From positions 320,001-384,000 of the forward strand of contig CAVSGM010000001.1 of NCBI GenBank assembly GCA_963727485.1: a stretch of DNA of 64,000 bases, read 5' to 3'. This document shows positions 27,501 through 37,138 of this stretch, in pieces. This stretch comes from an uncultured delta proteobacterium (GTDB taxonomy: Bacteria > Myxococcota > Myxococcia > SLRQ01). The notes under the pieces were generated by a model, which was given only the letters and a program-made list of their open reading frames with translations, was not told the origin of the DNA and did not search any database. The translations under genes were made by a program, and so were the position numbers. Positions within the stretch are counted from its first letter, which is position 1, and every line of letters starts with the position of its first letter.

Positions 27501-30500
27501 ATGCGTCGTATCCTTCTCACCGCGGCGGTGTTCGCGACCCTGCTCGCTGGCTGCAGCACCTACCAGCCCCTGCGCGATACCACCCAGCCGGGCAAGCTGC
27601 GCAAGTCCGCGTTCAACGACGGCAGCAAGTGGTACATGCTGACCACCGTGATCAAGGCGCCCTTCGAGGCGGCCTTCACGAACCCCGGCGAGACCACCCC
27701 GATGGTCAAGATCAAGTGGGTGATCGAGAAGGACTACCTCTACGCCTACAAGACCTACGAGGAGGTCCAGGGCGCGGGGCTCGCCGCCGGCAAGGGCGAC
27801 AGCTACCTGGGTCAGCCGGTGGCCGCCTACCGGATCACCGACCAGCTCGACGTCTGGCACCAGTACAACCCCACCACCGGTGAGGAGCTCCCGGTCCTCT
27901 ACGAGAGCCACGAGCGCCCCTGGTGGCAGCGCGACTGGATCCGGGTCGACTGGTCGAAGAACCTCATCGCCGCCGGCCACTACATGAGCGAGGACTTCTG
28001 CAAGTGGAGCGGGGACATCCAGGAGGACCCGGTCTCCTACTACCCGCAGAACCCCACCGATCCCGACCAGTTCTACGTCGGCGTGAAGGACAAGACCGAC
28101 AAGGACCTGGGCACGGGCACCTGCCAGCAGGTGGGCGGCTGGTGTGACGTCCACGGGTGGAAGAACATCGAGAAGCTCAAGAGCTTCGACTACATCGACG
28201 TCGTCAACCGCGACTTCATCCACTACAACGTGAAGAACGCCTTCGACGGCTCCGCCAGCACCAACTGCTGGCCCTACCCGGTGTGGCCCATCGACGAGGG
28301 CATCGAGGTCACCAAGCGGGTCAGCTTCATGAAGGTGCCCAAGAGCGACTACCAGCCGCTCCCCTACCCGGACAACACCTGGGAGAAGTTCGGCTTCTTC
28401 CGCACCATCCGGGACACCTTCAATCCCCGGCGCCGGGTCACCGACTTCAAGACCTACTACGCCAACCGCTGGGACATCTGGAAGCACGTGAAGGACGCCA
28501 ACGGGAACACCATCCCCGTGGCCCAGCGCCAAATCCAGCCCATCACCTACTACTACATCCCCACCGCCAAGCTCGACTCCACGAAGTACTGCGCCAAGAG
28601 CGGCGCCGACTGCATCCCCTTCATGAAGGACGAGCTCTACCAGGAGGTCGCCACCGAGTGGAACCACGCCTGGCAGGGGGTGATCAAGGCCGCCGGCTAT
28701 CCCGACGCCAAGGACCAGACCGTCTTCCAGGTGAAGCCCATCGACTACACCTGCGGCTACGACGGGAAGCAGCCCTGCGAGCGCCTCGGCGACCTGCGCT
28801 ACTCGTTCATGTGGAACCATGACCAGTCGAGCGACAACGGCCTGCTCGGCTACGGCCCGGCCTTCACCAATCCCGAGACCGGGCGGATCGTCGCCGCCAC
28901 CGCCAACCTCTACGGCGGCAACCTCGGCAGCTACGAGGCCGGCCTCCTCGGCGACTACTACGACCTGATCAAGGGCAACACCACCGACCTCCAGATCCAG
29001 ACCGGTGAGAACGTCCGCCAGTACTTCCAGAACCAGGGCGGAGTGGTCGGCGCCCCGGCGCTGCCGGTGGTGGACTTCGCCGCCATGAACAAGATCAAGT
29101 CCGACGGGCTGTCCGGGAAGCTCGACCCGACCAACCCCAACGACCTCTCGTTCCAGCAGCTCCAGCTCAAGCACCAGCTCGACCAGCTCAAGCGCGACGC
29201 CCCCCGGGACGCCGACCGGCTCTCGATGTTCGCCGGCACCCCGGTGGAGAAGATGCTCATGACCCCGGACTTCTTGAGCCTCATGGGCGAGGATCCCTCC
29301 GAGTCGCTGACCTCGAGCGTCCTTGACCGGGTGTCGCCGTTCCGCTCCGGGTCGCGGTTCCACCAGCTGCGGGACCGCTGGGACCGGTACTGGGCCGAGC
29401 ACAACATGTTCATGGCCAGCGGGATGTGGACCAATCCCACGGTCGAGGCGGCGGTCAACCAGGCCGAGAAGGTCCTGGGGAAGGACGCCACCAAGGACCA
29501 GGTCATCGAGTGGATCCTCCAGCGGACCTACGTCGGCACCACCGCCCACGAGGTCGGCCACACCTTCGGCCTGATGCACAACTTCGAGGGCAGCGCCGAC
29601 GAGCAGAACTACCACGCGGAGTACTGGAAGATCCTCAAGGACCACCCCAAGGTCGAGCTGGGCACGGTGGGTGACAACGGCACCATCACCAGCACCTGGG
29701 ACACCAACCACGACGGCAGGCTCGACGGCGAGGAGTACGCCGCCTACGAGGCCGCCTACCAGCAGGCCCACAAGGACGAGCAGGCCGCGGGCAGCGACCT
29801 CTACTCGACCTCGGCGATCATGGACTACAACGGCGTGTCCATCGTCGCCTCGGACGTGGCCGGCGTCGGCCGCTACGAGGAGGCCGCCCTCAAGTACGGG
29901 TACGCCAACACCGTCGAGCTCTACTCCAACGACCAGAGCCAGTTCGACCCGGCCGCGGTCCAGGCCGCCGGCGGGTGGAGCGAGTTCAAGTGGGAGAAGG
30001 ACAACCGCGTCGACGTGCCCTACTACGCCGGCGGTCAGAGCTGCACTGACGACAGCCAGTGCCCGATGAACGACCACCCGTCGGTGCCCCAGCACTGCCG
30101 GGCCCAGCTGGGCCAGGGCTCGATCCTCCACAACGGCACCAAGGCCGACCTCGGCGTGTGCTCGAGCATCTACTTCGAGCTGAAGACCGACGCCAACGAC
30201 CCGGCCAAGGCCATCCCCTACCCGAACTTCATGTACTGCAGCGACTACCGGCTCGACGACAAGCCGTTCTGCAACATGTTCGACTCGGGCAGCTCGGCCG
30301 TGGAGATCACCCAGAACCTCATCACCCAGTACCAGCGCGACTACCTGTTCCGGAACTTCCGCCGGTACCGCGACGGCTTCCAGCCCTACTTCTACTACCA
30401 GCACATCTGGAGCCGGGTGTTCGTGCCCATCGGCAAGTTCCACCAGTCGCTGCTCTACAACTACTACTACCTGCCCGGGTTCGCGCAGAACCTGGGGCCG

Positions 30501-31571
30501 GGCGGGATGCTCGACACCTTCCTGGCGTCGCGGATGGGCCTGAACTTCTTCTCCCAGGTCCTCGCCACCCCGGACGTCGGCTCGTACATCAAGTTCGATC
30601 CGGCCAGCAACTCCTACGACGGGGGCTACACCCAGAAGCACGCCGCCTGGGCCGACGTCTTCGTGCCGCTGGGCATCGGCAAGTACCTCTACTCGACCTT
30701 CGAGCAGGGCGAGCTGGGCCAGATCTACCGCTACGCGCGGATCGGCACCTTCTACGACAAGCTCTTCGCCCTCGAGGCCCTGTCCACCCGCGACTGGGGG
30801 CTGCCGCAGGCCAACGACGAGACCTTCCCCATCGACTACTACGACGCCTACCAGCCGGAGATGCTCAAGCTCTTCTCGGGGATCATCGCCGACGATCCCT
30901 CGGCCTACGGGCCGATCATCTCCAAGGTCGACAGCACCACCGGCGACATCACCCAGCTGAAGTACCGCGACATCTGGCAGGGTGACTTCTTCGGCAGCAA
31001 GACCAAGGACTTCCCGGGTCTGGAGGCGGTCAGTGGCTACGCCAACCCGCCCGACTACTCGAACAGCGAGTTCCTCAACCCCGGCGGGTCCACGTACATC
31101 AAGCTCTACAGCCTGATCTACGCGCTCTCCGACTTCCCGGTGTTCTACGACTGGCAGTTCGGGAACTACGTGCAGCTCTACACCTACGGCGCCACCTCGG
31201 CGAACAACGGTGGGGCGCTCGCCGGCGATCCCAACGTGGTCAGCTTCACCAGCCCCGACCACGGGATCACCTACGCCACCGAGAAGCCCAAGGACGGCCA
31301 GGGCCTCTTCGTCCAGCTCATCGAGAAGGCGAAGACCCGGTCGACCGAGCTCCAGTCCCTCCAGGCACTCCAGCAGCAGAATGGGGGCGGGGCGCCTGCG
31401 GGCTTCCTGGCGAACCACCAGATCTGCGTGAAGGTCCTGGGCTCGTCGACCACCGACGCCGAGTGCCTGAGCTGGCTCATCGACCACACCCAGTCGAAGC
31501 TCAACTCGGACGAGTCGTTCCTCGACTTCTCCAAGATGCTGCTCAACGAGGCCGGCTTCCAGATGCAGTAG
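27501..31571 (+). CDS. Large zinc-dependent metalloprotease lipoprotein (metzincin, EcxA/DUF4953-like), 1356 aa
   Basis: Lipobox LLAGC, RLGDLRYS, LLGYGP..NPETG, HEVGHTFGLMHNF, Met-turn SAIMDY, YMYCSD-like FMYCSD, EF-hand-like DTNHDGRLDGEE. Confidence 0.88.
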   Translation: MRRILLTAAVFATLLAGCSTYQPLRDTTQPGKLRKSAFNDGSKWYMLTTVIKAPFEAAFTNPGETTPMVKIKWVIEKDYLYAYKTYEEVQGAGLAAGKGDSYLGQPVAAYRITDQLDVWHQYNPTTGEELPVLYESHERPWWQRDWIRVDWSKNLIAAGHYMSEDFCKWSGDIQEDPVSYYPQNPTDPDQFYVGVKDKTDKDLGTGTCQQVGGWCDVHGWKNIEKLKSFDYIDVVNRDFIHYNVKNAFDGSASTNCWPYPVWPIDEGIEVTKRVSFMKVPKSDYQPLPYPDNTWEKFGFFRTIRDTFNPRRRVTDFKTYYANRWDIWKHVKDANGNTIPVAQRQIQPITYYYIPTAKLDSTKYCAKSGADCIPFMKDELYQEVATEWNHAWQGVIKAAGYPDAKDQTVFQVKPIDYTCGYDGKQPCERLGDLRYSFMWNHDQSSDNGLLGYGPAFTNPETGRIVAATANLYGGNLGSYEAGLLGDYYDLIKGNTTDLQIQTGENVRQYFQNQGGVVGAPALPVVDFAAMNKIKSDGLSGKLDPTNPNDLSFQQLQLKHQLDQLKRDAPRDADRLSMFAGTPVEKMLMTPDFLSLMGEDPSESLTSSVLDRVSPFRSGSRFHQLRDRWDRYWAEHNMFMASGMWTNPTVEAAVNQAEKVLGKDATKDQVIEWILQRTYVGTTAHEVGHTFGLMHNFEGSADEQNYHAEYWKILKDHPKVELGTVGDNGTITSTWDTNHDGRLDGEEYAAYEAAYQQAHKDEQAAGSDLYSTSAIMDYNGVSIVASDVAGVGRYEEAALKYGYANTVELYSNDQSQFDPAAVQAAGGWSEFKWEKDNRVDVPYYAGGQSCTDDSQCPMNDHPSVPQHCRAQLGQGSILHNGTKADLGVCSSIYFELKTDANDPAKAIPYPNFMYCSDYRLDDKPFCNMFDSGSSAVEITQNLITQYQRDYLFRNFRRYRDGFQPYFYYQHIWSRVFVPIGKFHQSLLYNYYYLPGFAQNLGPGGMLDTFLASRMGLNFFSQVLATPDVGSYIKFDPASNSYDGGYTQKHAAWADVFVPLGIGKYLYSTFEQGELGQIYRYARIGTFYDKLFALEALSTRDWGLPQANDETFPIDYYDAYQPEMLKLFSGIIADDPSAYGPIISKVDSTTGDITQLKYRDIWQGDFFGSKTKDFPGLEAVSGYANPPDYSNSEFLNPGGSTYIKLYSLIYALSDFPVFYDWQFGNYVQLYTYGATSANNGGALAGDPNVVSFTSPDHGITYATEKPKDGQGLFVQLIEKAKTRSTELQSLQALQQQNGGGAPAGFLANHQICVKVLGSSTTDAECLSWLIDHTQSKLNSDESFLDFSKMLLNEAGFQMQ

Positions 31572-31585
31572 GGCGCCGGCCCGTC

Positions 31586-31637
31586 GAGACGTCCGCCTCG
31601 CGACCGCCGGCACCCGGCGTCGCGAGGCGTGCGTCTC
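31586..31637 (+). other. Long intercistronic stem-loop
   Basis: GAGACG-tc-CGCCTCGCGA-c-CGCCGG-cac-CCGGCG-TCGCGAGGCG-tg-CGTCTC, 22 paired bases, no U-tract. Confidence 0.65.
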
Positions 31638-31676
31638 CCGATTCAAGCAACCAAACCTTCCTGAGAGGGGAAGCAG

Positions 31677-33959
31677 ATGAAGATCACCAATGGGAGCCGC
31701 CTCGCGGCCCTGGCAGCGATGGGCCTGGCCCTCGCCCTCGCCGGCTGTTCCGGCTCGTCCGACACCTGCAAGAAGACCAGCGACTGCCCCACCGGGCAGG
31801 TGTGCACCAGCGCCGGAACCTGCTCCGCCGACAAGTGCGCCAGCGTGACCTGCCCCGGGCACCAGACCTGCGACGCCAGCACCGGCGCCTGCACCGGCAC
31901 CTGTTGCCAGGCCGGTGACTGCACCGATCCCCGCACCGAGTGCGACCAGCAGGCCTGCGCGGCCGGCCAGACCGCCTGCGTCCAGAAGCAGTGCAGCCCC
32001 GCCTGCCAGACGGGCTTCGTCTGCAACCAGACCACCTCGCCCGCCAGCTGCGAGGCCGCCTGCCTCACCCAGGGCTGCCCCAACGCCAACGAGGTCTGCA
32101 ACGCCCAGACCGGCAGCTGCGACGTCCGCCCGCCGGTGGCCGGCGAGGTGGGCTCCAACTGCGCCTCGACCGCCGACTGCAACCCCACCGGCGGCAGCAA
32201 CTTCACCTGCTTCACCTCGGTCCCCGGCGGCTACTGCTCCAAGCAGTGCAGCGCCGACACCGACTGCCCCCAGGGCGCCTTCTGCGGCAGCAACGGCATC
32301 TGCATCGACGCCTGTGACTCCAACCTCGGTGACTGCCTCCGCGGCCAGCAGTGCCTCGTCGGGGCCTTCGGCAGTGGCAAGCCCGACGGCTGCTTCCCGC
32401 AGTTCGACCAGTCGGACTGCACCGGCGCCGCCTGCCTCCCCAACGGCTCGCCCTGCACCAACACCCAGCAGTGCATGAAGGACGCCAGCTGCATCGCCTA
32501 CGGCAGCGGCAGCATCTGCCAGGCCATCCAGTGCCAGCTCTTCGGCCAGGGCTGCAGCGCCAGTGAGACCTGCGAGGGTCTGGGCATCGGCCTGACCGCC
32601 TGCTTCAACAACTGCGACGCCACCGACCCCTCGGCGTGCTCCGGCCTCGCCGACCAGTACGGGAGCCTCGACTGCGTGGCCAACCCCCAGATCGCGGGCC
32701 CCTCCGACGGGTACTCCCTGGCCGCCAGCGCCGGCGACTGCCCCGCCGGGACCACCGCCAAGAGCTTCACCGTCCAGGGCCAGACCGCGGCGGTGTGCTA
32801 CCAGGGCTGCACCGCCGACTCCGACTGTGGGCCGGGGCAGTTCTGCGGCGACAACGCGGTCACCCTCTCCGACGGGACCACCGCGGCGAGCTTCAAGACC
32901 TGCATGAACTACAACGTCGCGACCGCGGCCTGCAGCACCAACCCCTGCGGCAACCAGACCGGCTGCCAGGACCTCACGGTCTCGGGCCAGACCGCCGCGG
33001 TGTGCTTCGATGCCTGCACCAGCGACGCCGACTGCACCGCCGGCTTCGGGGGAAGCTGCCAGCGCCTGAGCTTCCTCACCGGCGACTCCATCAACCTCTG
33101 CCTCTACCAGACCGCGGGGAGCTTCTGCTTCGCGGGCTGCTCCAACAACGCCGACTGCGGCTACTGCACCACCGACGCCGACTGCGGCACGGTCAAGGGG
33201 CAGGACCAGACCTCCCGGTCGCAGAAGTGCGACATCCCCAGCCACATGTGCGTGACTCCCATCAACGGGGTCGCCGAGGTGGGCAACTGGTGCCGCTCCA
33301 ACCAGGCCTACGATGCCACCGCCATCACCGACGCCAGCGGCGGCACCTCCGGCGGCTGCGCCACCACCTGCAAGGATGACCTGGACTGTGCGGGCACCTG
33401 CGTGAAGGCGAGCGGTGCGGCCACCGGCTTCTGCGCGCTCAAGACCCAGATGTGCAACGGTCCCACCGGCCAGTGCGAGGACGCCTGCAGCGGCGCCGCC
33501 AGCGGGGCCACCGACTGCATCCACGGGGACTGCGCCGCGGCCAACGGCCCCAACGGCGAGGATCGCTGCGTCCTCGGGTGCACCGCGCCCACCGACAACT
33601 GCGCCGCCGGCGAGTGCGACACCGGCAGCCAGTTCTGCGTGGACAAGCCGAAGTTCACCAGCCTGTCCATCGGGGGCAAGGACGCCCTGGGCGCCGACGT
33701 GGTGACCGTGGCGGCCGGGACCGAGACCGTGGCCTGGGCTACCCAGCACGCGACGGGCATCGGTCTGTTCACGGCGCCCGTCCCCTCGAGCGGTGGCTGC
33801 GCGGCGGTCACCACCTGGCCCACCGAGCTGTCGGTACCCGGCGACCAGCCCAGCGGCACCTTCGACGTGACCGTGAGCGGGAACCTCTGCTACCTGGCCA
33901 GCGCGAGCGGGTTGGTGAGCGAGTACGACCGGGTCTTCGAGGTCGACCAGGCGCCCTAG
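31677..33959 (+). CDS. Cysteine-rich repeat lipoprotein with C-terminal Ig-like beta-sandwich, 760 aa
   Basis: Lipobox LAGC; ~87 Cys by manual count in CxxxxDC..C..C modules; Cys-poor C-terminal ~100 aa (PKFTSLSI..VAWATQHA..GTFDVTV..YLASA). Confidence 0.85.
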   Translation: MKITNGSRLAALAAMGLALALAGCSGSSDTCKKTSDCPTGQVCTSAGTCSADKCASVTCPGHQTCDASTGACTGTCCQAGDCTDPRTECDQQACAAGQTACVQKQCSPACQTGFVCNQTTSPASCEAACLTQGCPNANEVCNAQTGSCDVRPPVAGEVGSNCASTADCNPTGGSNFTCFTSVPGGYCSKQCSADTDCPQGAFCGSNGICIDACDSNLGDCLRGQQCLVGAFGSGKPDGCFPQFDQSDCTGAACLPNGSPCTNTQQCMKDASCIAYGSGSICQAIQCQLFGQGCSASETCEGLGIGLTACFNNCDATDPSACSGLADQYGSLDCVANPQIAGPSDGYSLAASAGDCPAGTTAKSFTVQGQTAAVCYQGCTADSDCGPGQFCGDNAVTLSDGTTAASFKTCMNYNVATAACSTNPCGNQTGCQDLTVSGQTAAVCFDACTSDADCTAGFGGSCQRLSFLTGDSINLCLYQTAGSFCFAGCSNNADCGYCTTDADCGTVKGQDQTSRSQKCDIPSHMCVTPINGVAEVGNWCRSNQAYDATAITDASGGTSGGCATTCKDDLDCAGTCVKASGAATGFCALKTQMCNGPTGQCEDACSGAASGATDCIHGDCAAANGPNGEDRCVLGCTAPTDNCAAGECDTGSQFCVDKPKFTSLSIGGKDALGADVVTVAAGTETVAWATQHATGIGLFTAPVPSSGGCAAVTTWPTELSVPGDQPSGTFDVTVSGNLCYLASASGLVSEYDRVFEVDQAP

Positions 33960-33964
33960 GGGCA

Positions 33965-34030
33965 CCTTCGGCTGCCGGGCCCCTCGGACCCGGCCGATGA
34001 AGGCGGGCGTCCCGGAGACGGGGCGCCCGT
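33965..34030. terminator. Paired GC-rich hairpins between convergent genes
   Basis: GCCGGG..CCCGGC and CGGGCGTCCC-GGAGAC-GGGGCGCCCG stems between the stops at 33959 and 34048; no clear U-tract. Confidence 0.4.
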
Positions 34031-34047
34031 CGTCGTTCCGTCTCCGG

Positions 34048-35727
34048 TCAGGCCGCCGGGAGCACCACCGTGAACCGGGTGCCCTGGCCGGCGTGGCTCT
34101 CCACCTCGATCCGTCCCCGGTGCTCGCTGACGATGCGGTGGCAGATGGCGAGCCCCAGGCCGGTGCCCTCCTCCTTGGTGGTGAAGTAGGGGGTGAACAG
34201 CTCGCCCAGGTTCTCCTCGGGGATCCCCGGGCCGTCGTCGGCCACCTCCAGGGCCACCGCGTCCCCGGCGAGTCGGGCGGTGACCGTGACCCGGCCCTGG
34301 CCCGAGGCGCCCTCTATCGCCTGCACCGCGTTGGTCACCAGGTTGAGGAGCACCTGCTGCAGCTGCTCCCGGTCGGCGAGGATCTCCGGGAGCCGGTCGG
34401 CCACCCCGGTTTCCAGGGTGATCCCCCGCGGCTCCGGGAAGAGGGCCGCCGCCCCCGCCACCAGGCTCCCGGGGGCGAGGCGCTCGAGCTGGGGCGCCGG
34501 GAGCCGGGCGAAGCGGCTGAACTCGTCGACGATGCGCTTGAGGGCCGAGACCTCCTCGAGGATCGCCTGGGACGACTCGTCGAAGATCTCGTCGAACTGG
34601 GGGTGCTGCTTCGCCCGGGCGCGGCGCAGGGTCTCGATGGAGGTGGAGATGGGCATCAGGGGGTTCTTGATCTCGTGGGCCAGGCGCCGGGCGATCTCGC
34701 GCCAGGCGGCGACCCGCTCGGCGGTGGCGAGGCGCTGGCGGCCCAGGCGGAGCTCGTCTGCCATGCCGTTGAAGGCGGTGATGAGCGCGCCGACCTCGCC
34801 CCCGGCCCGGGCGTCGACCCGGGCGGTGTCGTCTCCGGCGCCGAGGCGGCCGGCGGCGGCGGCCAGCGCGTCCACCGGCCGGGTGATCCGGGTGGCGAGC
34901 AGGCCCCCGAGGATGAGGGCGGCGGCGAGGGCCAGGGTCCCGGCGACCCCGAGGCCCAGGAGGATGCGCCGCCTCGCCCGGTCCAGGGGCGCCCGGGACA
35001 CGGTGGCCTCGAGGCGGGCGACGGGCCGGCCGTCGGCGCCGAGGAGCGGGACCCGCCGGGCGACGCCCCGAACCGCCGGGCCCGAGCTCGCCAGGACCTC
35101 GCCCCCGGGGGCGAGGAGGCGCACCGAGGCGCCGGTCACCGCGGCCAGGCGCCCCAGGCGGCCCTCGCCGAGCAGCCGCCCGCCCACCAGGTAGAGGTCC
35201 GGGGTGGCACCCGGGCCGGCGGCGGCGCGGCCGGCGATGAGCGCCAGCCCCTCGGCGAGCCGCCCGCCCTGGCGCACCTCCACCCGCCGGAGCACCGCCT
35301 CCCCGGGGTGGTGGGCGGCGAGGTCGAGGAGGTCCGGCTCGGTGTCCCCGAAGCGCGCCGGGAGGTGGGCCGAGGAGAGCACCTGGCCCTTGGCGTCGAG
35401 GAGGAAGAGGACGTCGAGGTCGCGGCCCACCCGGAGGCGGCCGGCGAGCGGCACCAGCTCCCCGGGGGGCACCGGGCCCTGGCGCAGGCGCCGGGCCAGG
35501 CGCGCCACCTGGGGCGCGGTGGTGGCCAGCGCCGCCACCGTGGTCGCCACCGCGTGGCCGGTGCGGGTGACCTCGAGGCGCACCGTGTGCTCGGCGTCGG
35601 CGAGGCGCCGCTGGAACACCCCGTCGAAGGTGGCGGTCACCGTCGCCAGGGCCGCCCACCCCAGGAGCGCCATGGGCAGGAGCGCCAGGGCGGCGAAGGA
35701 GAGGGCGAGCTTGGTCCGCAGGCGCAT
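34048..35727 (-). CDS. Membrane sensor histidine kinase (NtrY-like, cache-HAMP-HisKA-HATPase)
   Basis: MRLRTKLALSF start, HAMP, H-box LAHEIKNPL, N-box NLVTNA, DDGPG, FTPYFTTK, GTGLGL. Confidence 0.93.
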   Translation of the reverse strand: MRLRTKLALSFAALALLPMALLGWAALATVTATFDGVFQRRLADAEHTVRLEVTRTGHAVATTVAALATTAPQVARLARRLRQGPVPPGELVPLAGRLRVGRDLDVLFLLDAKGQVLSSAHLPARFGDTEPDLLDLAAHHPGEAVLRRVEVRQGGRLAEGLALIAGRAAAGPGATPDLYLVGGRLLGEGRLGRLAAVTGASVRLLAPGGEVLASSGPAVRGVARRVPLLGADGRPVARLEATVSRAPLDRARRRILLGLGVAGTLALAAALILGGLLATRITRPVDALAAAAGRLGAGDDTARVDARAGGEVGALITAFNGMADELRLGRQRLATAERVAAWREIARRLAHEIKNPLMPISTSIETLRRARAKQHPQFDEIFDESSQAILEEVSALKRIVDEFSRFARLPAPQLERLAPGSLVAGAAALFPEPRGITLETGVADRLPEILADREQLQQVLLNLVTNAVQAIEGASGQGRVTVTARLAGDAVALEVADDGPGIPEENLGELFTPYFTTKEEGTGLGLAICHRIVSEHRGRIEVESHAGQGTRFTVVLPAA

Positions 35728-35755
35728 GCGCGACCAGTCTAGACCACAGCGTGCC

Positions 35756-37138
35756 TCAGCCCCCGGGATCCCCGGCCGGGCGCGGCGCCGGCGGGTCGCC
35801 GGGGAGCGGCCAGCGCCACAGGGCCGCCGGGTCCACGGCGGTGGCTGGCCCGGGGACGACGCCGAGGAGGCGGGGGGTCGAGGTGAGGGGCACCGGCCGG
35901 CGGTAGAGGGGCAGGGCCCCAAGCGCACCCCAGGTGTCGGCGAGGGTGCCGGCGCCGGCGAGGGCCCTCAGGGCCACCTCCGGCCGGCCCAGGGCGGTGG
36001 CCACGGCGAGGCGGGTGTCCGCCGGGTCCAGGGGCACCGCCGGCAGGGTCAAGAGCGCCAGGTCGTGCCCGGCGGCCCCGGCCGGGTCCAAGCCCGGCAC
36101 CGGGCTCAGGGTGGCCTCGAGGCCCTGGTCGTGGAGGCGCACCTGGATCCGCCCGGCGACGGTGGCGGCGGTCGGGTCCCCGGGGTCGTAGGCGAGGTCC
36201 ACGGAGCCCTGGGGCAGGGGCTTGGGCGTCCCCGCCGGCGCGGGGAGGGCGGCGAAGGCGGTGGCGCCGCCGCCGACGAAGTCGCGGACCAGGGCCGCCG
36301 GATCCACCGCGCGTCCCACCCGGTCGGCCAGCGCCGCCCCCCGCGCGCCATCACCCCGGCCCGGGGCCAGGAGCACGGTGACCTCGGTCGCGGGCCCGGG
36401 CGGGGGTCCGTCGCCGGCGCCGACGACCAGGTCGAGGCCCGAGGCGTCGTCGCCGGGGGCCAGCGGCACCAGGGTGAGCCGGTCGAGGAAGCCCCGGCCC
36501 CGGGGCGCCCGGTCGAAGGCCGCCAGCGCCACCCCCCGGGCCCCGGCGGGGGCCGGGCGCAGCACCTCGAAGGGCCCGCAGCCGGTGCGCCCGTCGAGGC
36601 CCGTCACCGGGAGGCGCGGGTCGTCGAGGCGGGCGGCCAGGTCCACCCCGGGGATCGCCAGGTCGACGACCACGGTGAGGGGGCCGGTGGCGCGGATGGC
36701 GGGGATCGCCGGGCGGCCGGCGAGGCGGTCGGCGACCCCGTCGATGGCCAGCAGGCGCCAGGCGGCGACGGCGCCGGTGGCCGGGTCGGCGAGGTGGGCG
36801 AGGCTCCGGGCGACGTCCTCGGCGCCGATGGCGCTTCCGTCGTGGAACACCCGGCCGGCGGCGAGGTGGAAGGTCACGGTGCGCCCGTCGGCGGAGACCT
36901 CCGGGGGGCCGTCGAGGAGCGAGGGGACGGTGCACTGGGTCGCCGCGGCGAGGAGGCGCTCGGGAGCGGTGGTGGCCCGGGCCGGGTCCCGGGTGGCGAG
37001 GGCGCCCACGGCGCCGACCACCGCCTGGCCCCCGGGGAGGGCGCGGACCGAGGCCGACGCCGGCCCGGCGGCGACGAGGGTCGCGAGGAGCCCGAGGATC
37101 AGGGCGGCGCGGGCGAAGGTCACGGGGCGGCGAGTCAT
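35756..37138 (-). CDS. Family-5 (Opp/Dpp-like) solute-binding protein, divergent
   Basis: Signal peptide, DPA, SADGRTVTFHL..FHDGS.IGAEDV.RSL, GCGPF, FLDRLTL; ATGA-coupled. Confidence 0.75.
   Translation of the reverse strand: MTRRPVTFARAALILGLLATLVAAGPASASVRALPGGQAVVGAVGALATRDPARATTAPERLLAAATQCTVPSLLDGPPEVSADGRTVTFHLAAGRVFHDGSAIGAEDVARSLAHLADPATGAVAAWRLLAIDGVADRLAGRPAIPAIRATGPLTVVVDLAIPGVDLAARLDDPRLPVTGLDGRTGCGPFEVLRPAPAGARGVALAAFDRAPRGRGFLDRLTLVPLAPGDDASGLDLVVGAGDGPPPGPATEVTVLLAPGRGDGARGAALADRVGRAVDPAALVRDFVGGGATAFAALPAPAGTPKPLPQGSVDLAYDPGDPTAATVAGRIQVRLHDQGLEATLSPVPGLDPAGAAGHDLALLTLPAVPLDPADTRLAVATALGRPEVALRALAGAGTLADTWGALGALPLYRRPVPLTSTPRLLGVVPGPATAVDPAALWRWPLPGDPPAPRPAGDPGG

Noticed and set aside
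27168..33965. 2265-aa minus-strand ORF (likewise 19660-24162 +, 38649-42827 +, 42436-45507 +, 55763-59041 +)
   Set aside because: Antisense or off-frame shadows of real genes, caused by stop-codon scarcity at very high GC; no motifs and skewed Gly/Val/Arg/Pro composition.
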